Part shown: in pieces, positions 36,429-49,699 of the stretch | Position numbering within the stretch: the stretch's first letter is position 1 | How the letters are laid out: every line of letters starts with the position of its first letter | Origin: Carcharhinus amblyrhynchos | Lineage: Eukaryota | Length of the DNA: 64,000 nucleotides | Direction: 5' to 3' | Assembly: GCA_965287045.1 (NCBI GenBank) | Contig: OZ336877.1 | Span: forward strand, 66,712,001-66,776,000 | Notes under the pieces: generated by a model | The model's input: only the letters and a program-made list of their open reading frames with translations | Told to the model about the DNA's origin: nothing | Database searches by the model: none | Made by a program: the position numbers and the translations under genes

Positions 36429-39094
36429 AAAAGTTGGAAATATATTAGGTTTTGAGCAAGCCAGTTAGGGGAGGAGAGTAAAAGGGAAGTTCTGTAATAA
36501 AATGGAAAGCAGAAGAGATTGATGAGAAAGATGATGATCCAAGCCAAAGGAGGTGACAATAGGACAAGTAAAGGAACAAAAGCTTTGTCTAGAGTAGGTG
36601 TGAATGGCAGCATCCTGAATAGCTGCTGTTTACCTAATGTCAATGTTCTCTGAGGCAGCATAGAGCCTTGTGTAGAGAATGGATGACTCCAAATATGGGG
36701 TCTATTCTGCAGTATTTCAGGCATATTGAGCAGTTGAGTTCATCCATTCAATGAGTGTTCAAACCCATAGAAAACCATATGAGGCAATGTGCTGGGTGAA
36801 TGCAGGAACATCATGCTGACGTGCACAGAATGTAAGCCACATTCTGTCACATTGACTGGTCAGTAGCACCGATGGTGCAAAGATGTATGGATGGGCTATC
36901 AGCTGTACCCCAGCTTTTGCCCCTTGGATGCGCATATGTATCATGAAAAGGCTGGAGAAGACAAGGAAATGTTTGAGGGGTTCACCCCTCACAAGACACC
37001 TTTAGGAGTCCGGTCACCTACTCTCGGTTGGTCATTGCGCACAAGTGCCAATGCCATTTCTACAACACACAATCCTTGTCCCCTGGCAACATTGTCGCTC
37101 TGTTGCTGATTGCCTTAAGATAAAGGTGTCATGGTAACTGCCAGCAAACTGTGCACACAGCTGCAGAAGACGTTAGAGGTGGCAGAAATCTATGCCACTG
37201 AGAGTGAAGTCAAGATTATAAGAAGTTAATTGGGTACCCTTCAGTTTTTGCCCCTTTGTCAGCTTTGTGCCTGTGCAATTAAAGGTTAGATTATGATGCC
37301 ACAGTAATAACAGGGGTAGCATTATTCTAATTGCCACACAGTGAGTCCATAAAGATTGATGTACATAGTGATGAGGACAGTTCTGCCTGACCAGTATCAT
37401 CAATAAGTAAATAATAATTTCTAAATTATTTACTATTATTATAGTTTTCATTGTAATTTCTTTAGCAAAGATGCTTGCTAAAATAAAATGCTGAACTCAA
37501 ATCAATATAAAATTTGTTCCAGTAAGATGGGCAATTCCCTTTATGTGATTGTCAAGCTTTGTTTACTACTGTTGTGTTACTCCCTCTGAATATGCATGTT
37601 CAGAGATACTCCTGGGACACCAGACCACTTTGAGTTGTAAATATGTTTCCCTCTGCCCCATTGCCAGTGTTCCTGAGTTTCAAGTCACAAACAGCACTCA
37701 GTTCCTTTTGTCTCCTCCCCATAAAGTCTCGAGGTTGGTAGTCAGTAACATTACTGCATCGCAACAGGAAACTGTTTGCACACTAAAACAACTTTTCAAA
37801 GCCACAGATTAGTAAAGCTTGAAGTGCAGAATATATTGAAGGATAAGTTCTTGACTACTGATTGCAATGCCAAAATTAGTATTTCAAACGCCAATATTAT
37901 TTAACAGGTTTTGTTTGCTTCTCCATGAAGATCTTCCCTTTCCCATGTCATCTACCAACTGAGGTGGTGGATAAGTAGCTTTATCCTAATACTGGCTCTG
38001 TAAGTGACCCTGAAGGAAAATGAATGCATGAGGAGTTCAGGCTGAGTCTTTCCTGTTGGGAAGTACCTATCTTCTGCTTGGAAAACCCCTCTAATGACTC
38101 AGCTGACGTTGCCAATTCACATATGAAGATTCACATACAAACTTATTAGAAATTATAAGGATAGATTTCCTTATTGTGAACACACACAGTCAGTAAGCAA
38201 TTTATTACAGTGATATTCATTAAATTAACCATATTCTGTTGCAAAGCCTTCAACTACTAACAAGTCACCCAGAATAAGTACAGCATTTGCAACCTGTGCT
38301 TCAGGGACACATGAAATAGAAGCAGGAGTAGGCCACTCAGCCCTTCAAGTCTGGTCTGCTATTCAACAAGATCATGGCTGATCTTCCTCACTGCCATTTT
38401 CCTGCATTATCTCCACATTCCTGCAAATTTTTAATATGCAGAAAGCCATTTTCAATTTTTCATTGATTTGCAAAGTAAATTTACATATCCTCCATTCCCA
38501 GCAAGAGGGTATGATCTGAAAATGGGTGAGTGGATAGGGTTATTTTAACCTCAGAACTGGATCAAGTGAGATGTATTATTTTTTAAATTTCCAACAACCC
38601 CAATCCACCTGCAATATTCCCGTTTCTGGGTTTAATGAGGGCAGGATAGGGGGTGGGCAGCCAGTCCAGGAAGCAGGTCGACTATTTAAATATTATAATG
38701 AGGTTGTTAGCCTCTGATTGAACACTAAACAATTCAATATCACAAGCCTCAGGAAACACAGCAACTGGTATTTTATGATCTCGCTCGGGTGAAGCTCATA
38801 AAATCCCGCCCGAGAATTCCATTCTGTGAACCTTGCCACCCTGATTCCAGGGCAGGCGAGGCTATAAAATTCCGGTCAGCATCTCAAAGAAGGTAACTTC
38901 AGGAAAAAGCTAAATGCCTTTACAGCACTGTTTGTAAGGCAAGAGGAGCGAGAGTGCTTCCCCTCAACACCCCAAAAATGCCTTCTTCCCTTCTTTTGAT
39001 ACCACTTCTCCTTGGCAATCAGGCCCCACTATCCAACTGCATCAGACAACTCCATTAAATTGGATCTGCCTCAGAAGCTGAACCTGTCCCAGGT

Positions 39095-40260
39095 CAGTTA
39101 CGGTGCAGAAGGATGCCATTCGGCCCATCATGTCAGCACTGGCTCTCTGAATGAGCCTTTCACCTATGGTCATTCACCTGCTTCTCCCCATAATTTTGTA
39201 ATTGTTACATTTTAAATAATCATCTAATTCCCCTTCAAATGCTTTGATTGAATATGCCTCTGCCATACTCTCAGTCAGTGCATCCCAGATGTTAACAACT
39301 CACTTTGTGAAAAAGCTTTTCCTCCCATTGCCTTTGCTTTTGTCAATTATTTTAAATCAATGCCCTTTGTTCTCAATCCTTTCAAGAGTGGGACAGTTTC
39401 TCCCTATTTTCTCTGTCCAGATGCCTCATGATTTTGAATGCCTCTATCAAATCTCCTCTTAGTTTTCTTTTTCCCAAGGAAAGGAGTCCCAGCTTCTCCA
39501 ATTTTGCTTCACAACTGAAGTTTCTTATCCCTGAACCATTCTCATAGAACTTTTCTGCCCTCTCTCCAATGCTTTCATTTCCTTCCTAAAATGTGGTGCC
39601 CAGAATTATATGCAGTACTCCAGCTGGGGTCTAGCTTGTGTCTTGTACAAGTTCAACGAAACTTCTTTGCTCTTAAATGCTATCCCTCTATTAATAAAGT
39701 CTAGGATACTGTATACTTTATTAACTGCTCTCAACTTGTTCTGCCACCTTTAATGACTTATGCACATATTGACCCTGGCCCCTCCGCTCCTTCCCCCCTT
39801 TTAAAATTGTGCCCTTTATTTTATATTGTCTCTCCATATTATTCCTACTAAAATGTATCACATCGCACTTCTTCTTGTTGACTTTCAACTACCACCTATC
39901 TGCCCAGTCCACAATTTGTCCATATCCTTTTAAAGTTATATACCTTCCTCCTCGCAGTTTACAATGCTTCCAAGTTTTGTCATCATCCGCAAACTTTGAA
40001 ATTGTTCCCTATACACCAAGGTCTAGATCATTAATATATTAGGAAATGCAAGGGTCCCAATAATTACCCACCCCAGGGATCTCTAGCATAAATCTTACCT
40101 CAGCCCAAAAAAAAATCCATTAACGATTACTCCCTGCTTCCTGTCACTCAGTCAATTTTGTATCCATGTTGCTCCTGTCCCTTTTATTCCATGAGCTATA
40201 ACCTGCCTCACAAATCCACTGTTCTCCATGATAGCAAATGTTTTTTAGAAGTCCAAAAGC
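39095..40260 (-). mobile_element. Old CR1 fragment
   Basis: Decayed but collinear with CR1 RT (ADDTKL, KCDVIHF, LEYCI.FWAP). Confidence 0.82.
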
Positions 40261-40845
40261 CTTGTGTACCTTCAAAGGCTACCAGCAAATTCCTCACCCA
40301 CACTTGCCCCAGCTCTAGCTTCTGTTTCTGTTGGTGAACTCCTCCAGAGTGTTACCTGCCCAACAGCCTATCAATCCTCCTGACTCCTGGGCAGGTAAGC
40401 TGTTGAAAACTAAAAGGCAGAGACACTCAGAGGTAAAACTCAATAACATGCAAGAAACTCAGCCTTCTGGGTTTTCTAACCAAAGCTTCAGCCCCTCCAA
40501 GTCTACCTACACAATCTGTCCCTGTCAATATTGGGGCATGAGAACCAATGCTGTAGTTTAATCACCAACTTGCAACCCCTTTTAAAAATACCCCTATACT
40601 GGAGTGCAGGATCAGCAAATCCTTATTGTTAAAAATTCAATTGTTGTCAGATCATAACATATGTTGAATTAATGATCTTAATACAACATATTTAAATGCG
40701 TAATTTAGTATAGATTTTAACTTATCGGATTTTATTGGGGTTGTTTTTATAAGGGTTGTTAGCCTTATAGGGTCAGTAAATCTGATGTGGCCAGTGCCGT
40801 TTTGAAAGGAGTCTATAGATGTCTGAAGGACCAAGTAGTGAGCAT

Positions 40846-41155
40846 AGGGTGGCATAGTGACATAGTGATTAGCACTACTGCTTCACAGTGCCATAATTCT
40901 GGCCTTGGGTTACTCTCAGTAGAGTTTGCATATTCTCTTGATATCTGTGTTGGTTTCCTCTGGGTGCTCTGGTTTCCTCCCACAGTCCAAAGATGTGCAG
41001 CTTAGATTAATTGGCCATGCTGAATTTCCCCTTCGTGTCAGAGAGATTGGCGGGGTAAATACATGTGGTTATGGAATAGGAGCTGGGGTGGGATTGTTGT
41101 CTGTGCAGACTCAATGGGCCGAAAAACATCTCTGCCCTGTAAGGATTCTATGCAT
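40846..41155 (+). mobile_element. HE1-like SINE, CR1 tail
   Basis: Body GGTTTCCTCTGGGTGCTCTGGTTTCCTCCCACAGTCCAAAGATGTGC is shared with the other copies. Confidence 0.85.
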
Positions 41156-42315
41156 CACAGTCCAATCTGAAAATCAAGATCCTATGATCTTGATTGCCAT
41201 ATTAGATTGGAAATGGTTGGAGTGCGTGTGTCATGCATTAGAGATGCGGCGTTAGAGATGAGAGCCAACAGAGATAAGTTTGGAATTATTTTTGTGGGGT
41301 CAACAGATGTACTCTTGCCCATGGTGTTAGAAAAATTCTCTGGATTACAATTAATTTGATAACTGCTCTCATCCTCACTTTCAAATCCCTTCCTGGCCCC
41401 TTCCCATCCTCCGTCAGTGATCTCACTCCAGTCATAAAATCACTGAATCTTACACATTTCATTGTGTTGCTCCAGTATTAACTCATTCACTGATGATCCC
41501 TGAGGATTGATAGCTGCTTGAGGCAGAGCATTACTAGGCCTGTCCTCAGTCTTCCTAAGGCTGCAGCTGTCACTGTCTCTTGCATGTCTATGCCATGCTC
41601 ACTGGCTGGTATCACCCACCCCAATGTCATAGATGTGACAGCAGCTCCACTGGTGAAGGGTTCATTAGATTAAAATGATGGTAACTCTCCCTCTGAGATC
41701 TCAAGAGTGTCTGATATTCTTGACAGCGCCTATTGCTTCTGACCCTACCAGAGAGACAAGAGTGCTGCTAATAATGTGCATACTCTTGGCTGTCCATGGT
41801 CAGGAGTTACATGCAGTCATCAGGATCACATAGCGACCATTGTAAACATGCTTGGGAAGGTTTGGCGCATGCAGCCATGATTCTTGTCATCCTCTCTGTG
41901 CTCAACAAGCTTGTTGTCCTTTGTGACAAGTTGGTCTGCTGCATTTCCTCCTCCAACAACTTTACTGGAACAATGAAGGGTGCACCTCCTCCCGTGTGTC
42001 TCTACTCCCTAGCACTATGATCAAGCTCCTGCAATGATGGAAATACACAGTATCATACATTATTGTCTCATGGCCCAGCTATGCTCATCCTAACGTGCTA
42101 CTTTAACTGGCCACAATGATATTACTTGGAAGTATTCGGAAAGTGAACTCTCAAGCTTGCTACTGCAGTGAGCAACTCTAACTGATGATAGTCCACTCGT
42201 GTGAGGCTGCTCTCCATCTCACTTTACATAGTTGTCTGTTTTGGGCCTTTGGTGGGAATCTAGAACAAACAAAGAATGGTTGTCTTAAAAACGGAGATCA
42301 TTTCTTGGGTTATGT

Positions 42316-43807
42316 AGAACATAGAACATAGAACATTACAGTGCAGAACAGGCCCTTCGGCCCACGATGTTGCGCCGACCAATTAAAAAAGCAATGACCC
42401 TCTAACCTTAAACCAATCCCTTTCCATCCATAAACCTATCCACGGATCTCTTAAACGCCCCCAAACTAGGCGCATCTACAACTGCAGCAGGCAGGGCATT
42501 CCAATCCCTCACCACCCTCTGGGTAAAGGACCTACCTCTGACATCCGTCCTATATCTACCACCCCTTAATTTAAAGCTATGCCCCCTCGTGGTAGCTTTC
42601 TCCTTCCGAGGAAAAAGGCTATCACTGTCCACCCTATCTAAACCTCTAATCATCTTATATGTTTCAATAAGGTCCCCTCTTAGCCGCCTTCTTTCTAACG
42701 AAAACAACCCCAAATCCCTCAGTCTCTCCTCATAGGACCTTCCCTCCATACCAGGCAACATCCTGGTAAACCTCCTCTGCACCCTCTCCAATGCCTCCAC
42801 ATCCTTCCTATAATGTGGGGACCAGAACTGCACACAATACTCCAAGTGCGGACGCACCAGAGTTTTGTACAGTTGCAACATGACGTTGCGGCTCCTAAAT
42901 TCAATCCCCCTACCAATAAATGCCAAGACACCGTATGCCTTCCTAACTACCTTATCTACTTGATTCCCAACTTTCAGGGATCTATGTACACATACACCTA
43001 GATCCCTCTGTTCATCCACACTATTCAGAGTTCTACCGTTAGCCCTATACTCTATACATCTGTTATTCCTGCCAAAGTGAATTACCTCACACTTTTCCGC
43101 ATTAAACTCCATCTGCCACCTCTCAGCCCAGCTCTGCAACTTGTCCAAGTCTCTCTGTAAACTATGACACCCCTCTTCACTATCTACCACTCCTCCGACT
43201 TTGGTGTCATCAGCAAATTTACTGATCCACCCAACTATATCCTCATCCAGATCATTAATAAAAATTACAAACAGCAGTGGCCCCAAAACAGATCCCTGAG
43301 GCACACCACTCGTAACCGAACTCCATGACGAATACTTACCATCAACCACCACCCTCTGTCTCCTATCTGCTAGCCAATTCCTGATCCAATTAACTAAATC
43401 ACCCCCAATCCCATACATCTGCATTTTCTGCAGAAGCCTTCCATGGTGAAACTTATCAAACGCCTTACTAAAGTCCATATATACCACGTCAACTGCCTTA
43501 CCCCCATCCACCTCTTTGGTCACTTTCTCAAAAAACTCAATAAGGTTAGTAAGGCACGACTTACCCTTCACAAAACCGTGCTGACTATCTCCAATCAACA
43601 CATTATTCTCTAAATAATTATAAATCCTATCCCTAATAATTTTTTCTAAAACTTTGCCCACAACAGAAGTAAGACTCACCGGTCTATAATTCCCGGGGAA
43701 GTCTCTGTTCCCCTTCTTAAACAATGGGACAACATTCGCTATCCTCCAATCCTCTGGCACTATACCTGTGACCAACGACGACCTGAAGGTCAGAGCCAGA
43801 GGCTCTG
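42316..43807 (-). mobile_element. Young 5'-truncated CR1 LINE
   Basis: Uninterrupted RT ORF, short 3'UTR, (TTCTATG)n tail at 42316-42335. Confidence 0.97.
42408..43775 (-). CDS. CR1 ORF2 reverse transcriptase, C-terminal 455 aa (N-terminally truncated; the called start is not the true start)
   Basis: NYRPVSLTSVVGK, QHGF, YMDFSKAFD, GVPQGSVLGPLLF, FADD, HLEYCVQFWSP motifs, no stops. Confidence 0.92.
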   Translation of the reverse strand: MVTGIVPEDWRIANVVPLFKKGNRDFPGNYRPVSLTSVVGKVLEKIIRDRIYNYLENNVLIGDSQHGFVKGKSCLTNLIEFFEKVTKEVDGGKAVDVVYMDFSKAFDKFHHGRLLQKMQMYGIGGDLVNWIRNWLADRRQRVVVDGKYSSWSSVTSGVPQGSVLGPLLFVIFINDLDEDIVGWISKFADDTKVGGVVDSEEGCHSLQRDLDKLQSWAERWQMEFNAEKCEVIHFGRNNRCIEYRANGRTLNSVDEQRDLGVCVHRSLKVGNQVDKVVRKAYGVLAFIGRGIEFRSRNVMLQLYKTLVRPHLEYCVQFWSPHYRKDVEALERVQRRFTRMLPGMEGRSYEERLRDLGLFSLERRRLRGDLIETYKMIRGLDRVDSDSLFPRKEKATTRGHSFKLRGGRYRTDVRGRSFTQRVVRDWNALPAAVVDAPSLGAFKRSVDRFMDGKGLV

Positions 43808-45155
43808 TGTCAAAGTGCTTGTAGTCCTACCTGATCCAACACAGCTTTATATCGAAAGTGTACAAAGAAACATGTTGAACTTCAGACTATTGATGTAATT
43901 GCATGAGCAATACTAAACCCATTAACATTTAGAACAATGAAAAATGTTTTTCTAATGACATTAATATATTAATTATAAAAGAAGTAATTTGCGATAATGT
44001 GTTAAAAGGTTGAAGAAAACCATTTTGATTTATGAGTTGATGCACACACTTACTTCACTTAGGCTCCAATATCATGCCAGTATAACATAAAGATAATAAG
44101 AATAAATTCTTTCTAAATTCTTCCCCCTTTTAGTTTGTAGATTCAATACCCTCTTTCCTCTATTTTAATGTTAACAATAGATTCAATATCCTGTTTATGC
44201 TGTGATTAATTATATTAAAAAAATCTCTTGCATGTAGCAGGAGTTGTTAGAGGAAATATTGCAAAGTAATTTTCAGAATTGTTGTCCTTGCTTGTACTGT
44301 TCTACATATCATTATAACTGCACTGCTTGCACAAAGGCGCTATGTAGATTTACTTTGATCTATTTATAACACACTGCCAAATATCTGTCTCATTTGACAT
44401 TTTCATTTCATCATTTTCAGTGACCTTGTTACGTTTTAATACCATTTGTCAAAGTTTTCATCTGGATCCACCCGATTTTGTGGCAGCAATTGCATGGGTA
44501 GGGGTGGGGCAGTAAATGGAACAAGGATCCACTACACAGGATCCCCACCCTTTCTTGTTCTAATATCTAGCAGCCCGTGGAAGCATCTGCTCAATTTTGG
44601 ACAGCCATACGTGACAACGGCATTAATGACATGATGGTGCCATATATCATGTATTACTGAAAGACATAACAGTTTAAAGGGATAAATTTGTACATTAATA
44701 CCTATATTTTAAAATGACACTGTGCTTATTTATTTTTAATTTTCTTGGTCTTTCATTTTGTCATGTACCTGCGAATTTGCTGAGGTGCTGAAATCCTTTC
44801 CTCCTTATCAGCCAGGAAACAAAGTTGCAATAGTTGGGAATCTCCTTCCAGCTTTGCTCCTTGGAAGATAGTTAACTAGAGCAATTAAAAGGAAACCTGG
44901 CTGTTGAGGTTGCACTTCAAGCAAATGGCATCCACCTACCAATAAATCATTCTCAAACGTATAGGAAAGCACACTGTATCCTGCATCTAATATGAAAGCA
45001 GCAGTATTATTATGGACAGAGGAACAATGTGGGACCATTGTCCTCTTTTCCTACCTCTTGACTGACTGCAGCAAGCTGTATTCCAGCAAATAAATGTCTT
45101 AATTCCTTGAGTGCTGGGATTTCTATGGATTATTTTTCACAACACCCCAAAACGC

Positions 45156-45632
45156 TGGGCTAAATTTTGCGGAAGTGAGTGGGAGGGGTTGTGTTTGCTC
45201 ACATATTGTTCACACCCTACCCCACCCAGGAAGAGGTCAATCCCAGATTGACCAATTCTAAACAAAATTGCCCCACAGCCATACACATGCTGGATAACAT
45301 TAATGAGGTAAGAATTGGACTTCTGCTCCTCAGTGGGAGGAGTTCCCACCCTTGAAACCTGCCAGCCAATTTGATACACAGTGTAGCCCCTAAAGGAGGT
45401 AATCCCCTTACTTCCTCCCTTTCACCATAGCTGGAGATTGGGGGCCTTAAGTGGGCAATAATTAACAACCTAAAGGCCTAAATAGGCCTAAGTGCAGGCA
45501 GTCTTATCAATCCCTTTATTATGGAGACAGGGTCAAGAGTGGGTAAGAAGGTGGTGTATTAGCCAACTGACATATTTTCAATGCCACCCCTCACCAAAAA
45601 CATGCCCTGCAGTGGGCTAAAAAATCCCGCCC
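45156..45632. mobile_element. Harbinger-like MITE
   Basis: GGGCTAAATTTT...AAAATCCCGCCC termini. Confidence 0.55.
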
Positions 45633-46031
45633 GTATTTACAGGGAAAACTCACTCCTTATGCACACAAAAAAATATATTTTCTAAAGATGTAGCATGTAC
45701 TTAGACTATTCTAAGGATCAAAAATGTCCCTTTTATTGTCAATCCTTAAGATGTTAATTGAAATGTCATGGGCCTGAAGAATTTTCTCTTGATTCACTCA
45801 GGACAATGGAAATTGAAAGTTTCTGGCTTTTTCCATAGAACCATAGAAAATTGCAGCTCAGAAACAGGCCTTTTGGCCCTTCTTGTTGGTGCCAAACCAT
45901 TTCACTGACCTGCACTTGGACCATATCCCTCCACACCCTTCAATGGAAGATGTGATTGAGCTCCTGTAGTGAAGATATATTTCTGAAGGTGAAACCAATT
46001 AGCCCCACTTCTCTGGCTGTGGAAGAGTTTT

Positions 46032-46210
46032 GATGTGGAGATGCTAGCGTTGGACTGGGGTAAACACAGTAAGAAGTCTCACAACACCAGGTTAAAGTCC
46101 AATCAGAACCTTCCACACATCTGATGAAGGAACACCATTTCCGAAAGCTTGGGGGATTACTATCAGACAAACTGGTTGGACTTTAACCTGGTGTTGTGAG
46201 ACTTCTTACT
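46032..46210 (-). mobile_element. Penelope-derived fold-back element
   Basis: Penelope terminus, inverted arms of about 43 bp, 15-bp TSD CTGTGGAAGAGTTTT at 46017-46031 and 46209-46223. Confidence 0.9.
46116..46154 (+). ncRNA. Minimal hammerhead motif (stem I decayed)
   Basis: CTGATGA-A-GGAA(caccat)TTCC-GAAA-GC-TT. Confidence 0.6.
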
Positions 46211-46990
46211 GTGGAAGAGTTTTCCAGACAAGGTTATTTTCCCTCAGTGAGATGGTCACCCTCTGAGGCCTTTTTCCAGACTGTCTGCTCTAGGCTGCTC
46301 TTGAAATTATAAGGCATTTGTTTTCTCAAGTCTGTTTCACTCAAAGGACCACAGAATCAATGCTCTAATTATCCACACAAATGATTTGCCACCATCATCC
46401 AGTAGGGAATGAATAAAGGCCATTCACAACCTCTTGTGATAAGGTCCTTTCCTTCACACCCATCTTTGTTGGATTTCAAGTTTGAACATACTGGCTAGGA
46501 TCTTACAGCCTCGCGTGTCCCAAAACTATAAAACCCCTCCGCCAACATCAACTGACCTTTTCATGGTCTGCCCCTTGCCCACTCCAATTCCTGTAGCAAG
46601 TGGGCAGTAAAATTCTGGCCACCAAGTTTAAGGTGACCATTGTATTTCAGTTTCTGTAAACATCCGGATAATAGTAACTACTAAGTCCACAAGCAATGTG
46701 TCACATTCCGATGTTTCTTTAATGGAAGGGCCCCCCAAAAGGTCATTTACATTTTAATTACTTTTGAGAGGCATGTAAAGGCACACGTAAGTGTACAGCA
46801 ACCAGTAAAAGTTAATTTGCCCCCTCACAACATCAGCCTGCTCCCCCACCAATCCCAGAAGATCCATTTAGTCGAGGTAAATTGTCCATGATGCTTTTTA
46901 AAAGTAACAATGTCGATGTTTTCCAAAGGAAACTGTAATAGATTTGCAAAATTTGCTGTAAGCACATTGCAGAACACCTTCATCATACTC

Positions 46991-47065
46991 ACTTGATTAC
47001 TGAAGGCCTTGTTGGGGCTTATGCCAGTCTCAACTGGCACGAGTTCTGTTGAGGCCTTTGAAGAA
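46991..47065 (+). repeat. 75-bp hairpin-forming unit, inverted-repeat copy 1
   Basis: Reverse complement of 48772-48847, with 2 substitutions and 1 indel. Confidence 0.95.
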
Positions 47066-47469
47066 GTATTATGGCCATTAGTATTATGGGGATAAGTTCC
47101 TTAAACTTTATACCATGAAATATGCTAAACTTCCACTGGAGCCATCAGTAGTATAAGTTCAGTTATGTTCACAGATACTTTGAGCAAGTGATGGATGCAT
47201 TTTTCTTTGGAGCTGGTAATTTCATTCAATTCTCCAGTTTGCCAATAAACTTCAAGTTTCAGGGGTCATTGTATTCACATAAACATATATATGAAACTTT
47301 ATGAACAGCAAAAGATATCACTGACTCAATATGCAACTTATTTATGACCAATAGAATATTATTCAAGCGAATGCTCACTTCATTGGGAGCTACTTTCAAT
47401 ATAGTGGACCCTGAAAGACAATTCCCTCTGTGAGTCATTGGTGACTTAGATTATCCTCGACAGACTTTT

Positions 47470-48205
47470 GTTTTTATTCATTAAAGGATGTGAGCATCGC
47501 TGGCAAGGTCAGAATATATTGTCCTTTAATTGCCCTTGAGGAGCTGATTGTGACTACTTTCTTGAATTGCTGCAGTCCATGTGGTATAGATAAACTCACT
47601 GTGCTATTAGGCAGAGTGTTCCAGGATGTTGGCCAAGTGTCAATAAATGAATGGTGAAATATTTCAGGATGGTATTTGACAAGGATGGCAACTTGCAGGT
47701 GTTGGTGTTCCCATGTATCCGCTACCTGTTCTTTTCAGCTTTAACAGTCTTAAGCTTGTCAAAGAAACATTGGTGAGTTGCTGCAGTTCCTCCTTTAGAT
47801 AGTACACACACAACTATTGAGTGCTACTGGTGGAGGAAATTAACATTTTGCTGGATGGGGTGCCATAGTAGGCTGCTTTGTTCTGGATGATGTCAACTAC
47901 CTGAATGTTGTTGGAGCTGGGGAATATCCCATCATGCTCCTGATTCATACCTTGTAGGTGGTGGGAAGGTTTTAGGGAATCAGGAGGTCTTACTGCAGAA
48001 TGCCTAGCCTCTGAGCTGCTCTTGTAGCCACAGTATTTATGTGGCTGGTCCAGTTAAGTTTTAAGTTAATGGTAACTGCCAGGATAGTGTGGGAATTTGA
48101 CAATGATAATGCTGTTGATGGTTAAGAGAGGTTGTTAGATCCTTCCTGACTGGAGACTGTCATTAACAAGAACTTATCAGTTCAAGTATGGATATTGTTC
48201 CACTC
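47470..48205 (-). mobile_element. 3' part of an old LINE (family of 17160-17975)
   Basis: Collinear with 17160-17975 and has the same tail; further tails at 35145-35430 (-) and 61845-62085 (+). Confidence 0.75.
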
Positions 48206-48771
48206 CTGCTGTTGATTTATTGGAGCTGCAACCTTTATTCCCCGGAATCCAGACTTGGACTGAATCATCAAGCTGAATGCGAGAGCTACTGTTCTCATTT
48301 AGCCATCTCCTGATCCCGGCCCAACTCTATCACCCAAGCCAAAGAACTAGGAACTACAATTGTTTCGAGTCCTGGAGTTCAGGTTTGAATGTGGCAGATG
48401 GGTCAGGATTTTTGGCCCTTAAGTCTATAAGGACAGGACTGCCAATGATTTTCCATTCACTAATTTCAATGCTTGGAAAATCATAGGCAGCCTGCCTTCA
48501 ATTTCTTGACATATATCTATTAATAAACTATAAAATAATCTAGTTCAGCAAATGCTATTGTGTTAAGATCATACTGAAGGAGTATATTGGTTAGATTTGC
48601 ACTGACCTATCATGCTTTTTTACACTTTTTGAAGTTGAATTTCTGCAGGGAGTCTCCAATTGTGCTTCATAACTTTGTTGGAATGCCTTGGAGAAATGTC
48701 ATAGGCATCAACTATCTTCTCTCCCCACATCAACGGAGTATATTAGGAAGTTGGAGTGGGTGCATTGCCAA

Positions 48772-48847
48772 TTCTTCAAAGGCCTCGACAGAACTCATGC
48801 CAGTTGAGACCTGGCATAAGCCCCAACAAGGCCTTCAGTAATCAAGT
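48772..48847 (-). repeat. 76-bp hairpin-forming unit, inverted-repeat copy 2
   Basis: Reverse complement of 46991-47065. Confidence 0.95.
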
Positions 48848-49366
48848 TGTGATGGCAGAGATTATCTTTCCTTGTTGGAGTAGGTCCAATCAGACTGATG
48901 GCTTTCTTCAGCTTAATTAGCCTATGGAAAGACAGCACCAATGAAGAAAAGTTGATTGACGCGGAGGGGTGGGGGAGGGGGGGTGGTGGAGGTGGTTGTG
49001 GGTTGAGGGGCATCAGGAACATATTCTTACAGGCACTGCATAATGTTTGAGATACAAACAGCCTCAAAAATAGTTCAGAAGTGAGAGTTTTTTTCTATTA
49101 AAAGGATGTAACTTACTAAATGAGAATGCATTCTCAGAGGTGTTGGCAAACACAGGTTCTGCTTTCAGGTGTTACCAAATTTATCATAAATGAAAAGTAC
49201 AAATATTTATATGTATCTTAATCAATGATTTGCCTGTGCACATTTCCACCTTCTACATTTTGACTTCCTGTTGTCACATTTATTTTCACTATCAGCTTTT
49301 CTCCTTATAAATTCCTATGTCCACATTGCTAATGGAGGTCAACGAGGTAAAATCATCACTCTAGTG

Positions 49367-49446
49367 CAGTGGTCTCCAAACTCTAATTCCGATGCGGCCC
49401 ACCGCGGGCTGGATGTGGCCTACAGGCTATAGTTTGGAGACCCCTG
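49367..49446. mobile_element. 80-bp hAT/Charlie-type MITE
   Basis: TIRs CAGTGGTCTCCAAACT / AGTTTGGAGACCCCTG, flanked by TCTAGTG on both sides (Charlie-type TCTAG target). Confidence 0.85.
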
Positions 49447-49699
49447 TCTAGTGGTTCACCTTTGCCACTATCTTCTCATAAATGACTCAAAATGTTTTTC
49501 AAACATTTTGCTAATCACACTTCTTTTCAGTAACTAAATCTTCTCATGTTCAAAGTAAAGATTTCAACAAGCAAGCCACTCCGTTCAAAAGTAATCAGGC
49601 ACGAGCAATAAATGTCGGCCCAGCCAGTGGCACTCCCATCCAATGAATGAATGAACAAAAAGTACAATGGATTGTTGTTTGGTGTAACAGAGTGCTAGG

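Noticed and set aside
44768-44875. Open minus-strand exon candidate (LTIFQGAKLEGDSQ...)
   Set aside because: Weak donor (GTACAT), no recognisable homology and no partner exons.
48961-49010. G-quadruplex-like G-rich tract
   Set aside because: Short low-complexity run with no evidence of function or a clear link to the nearby inverted repeat.
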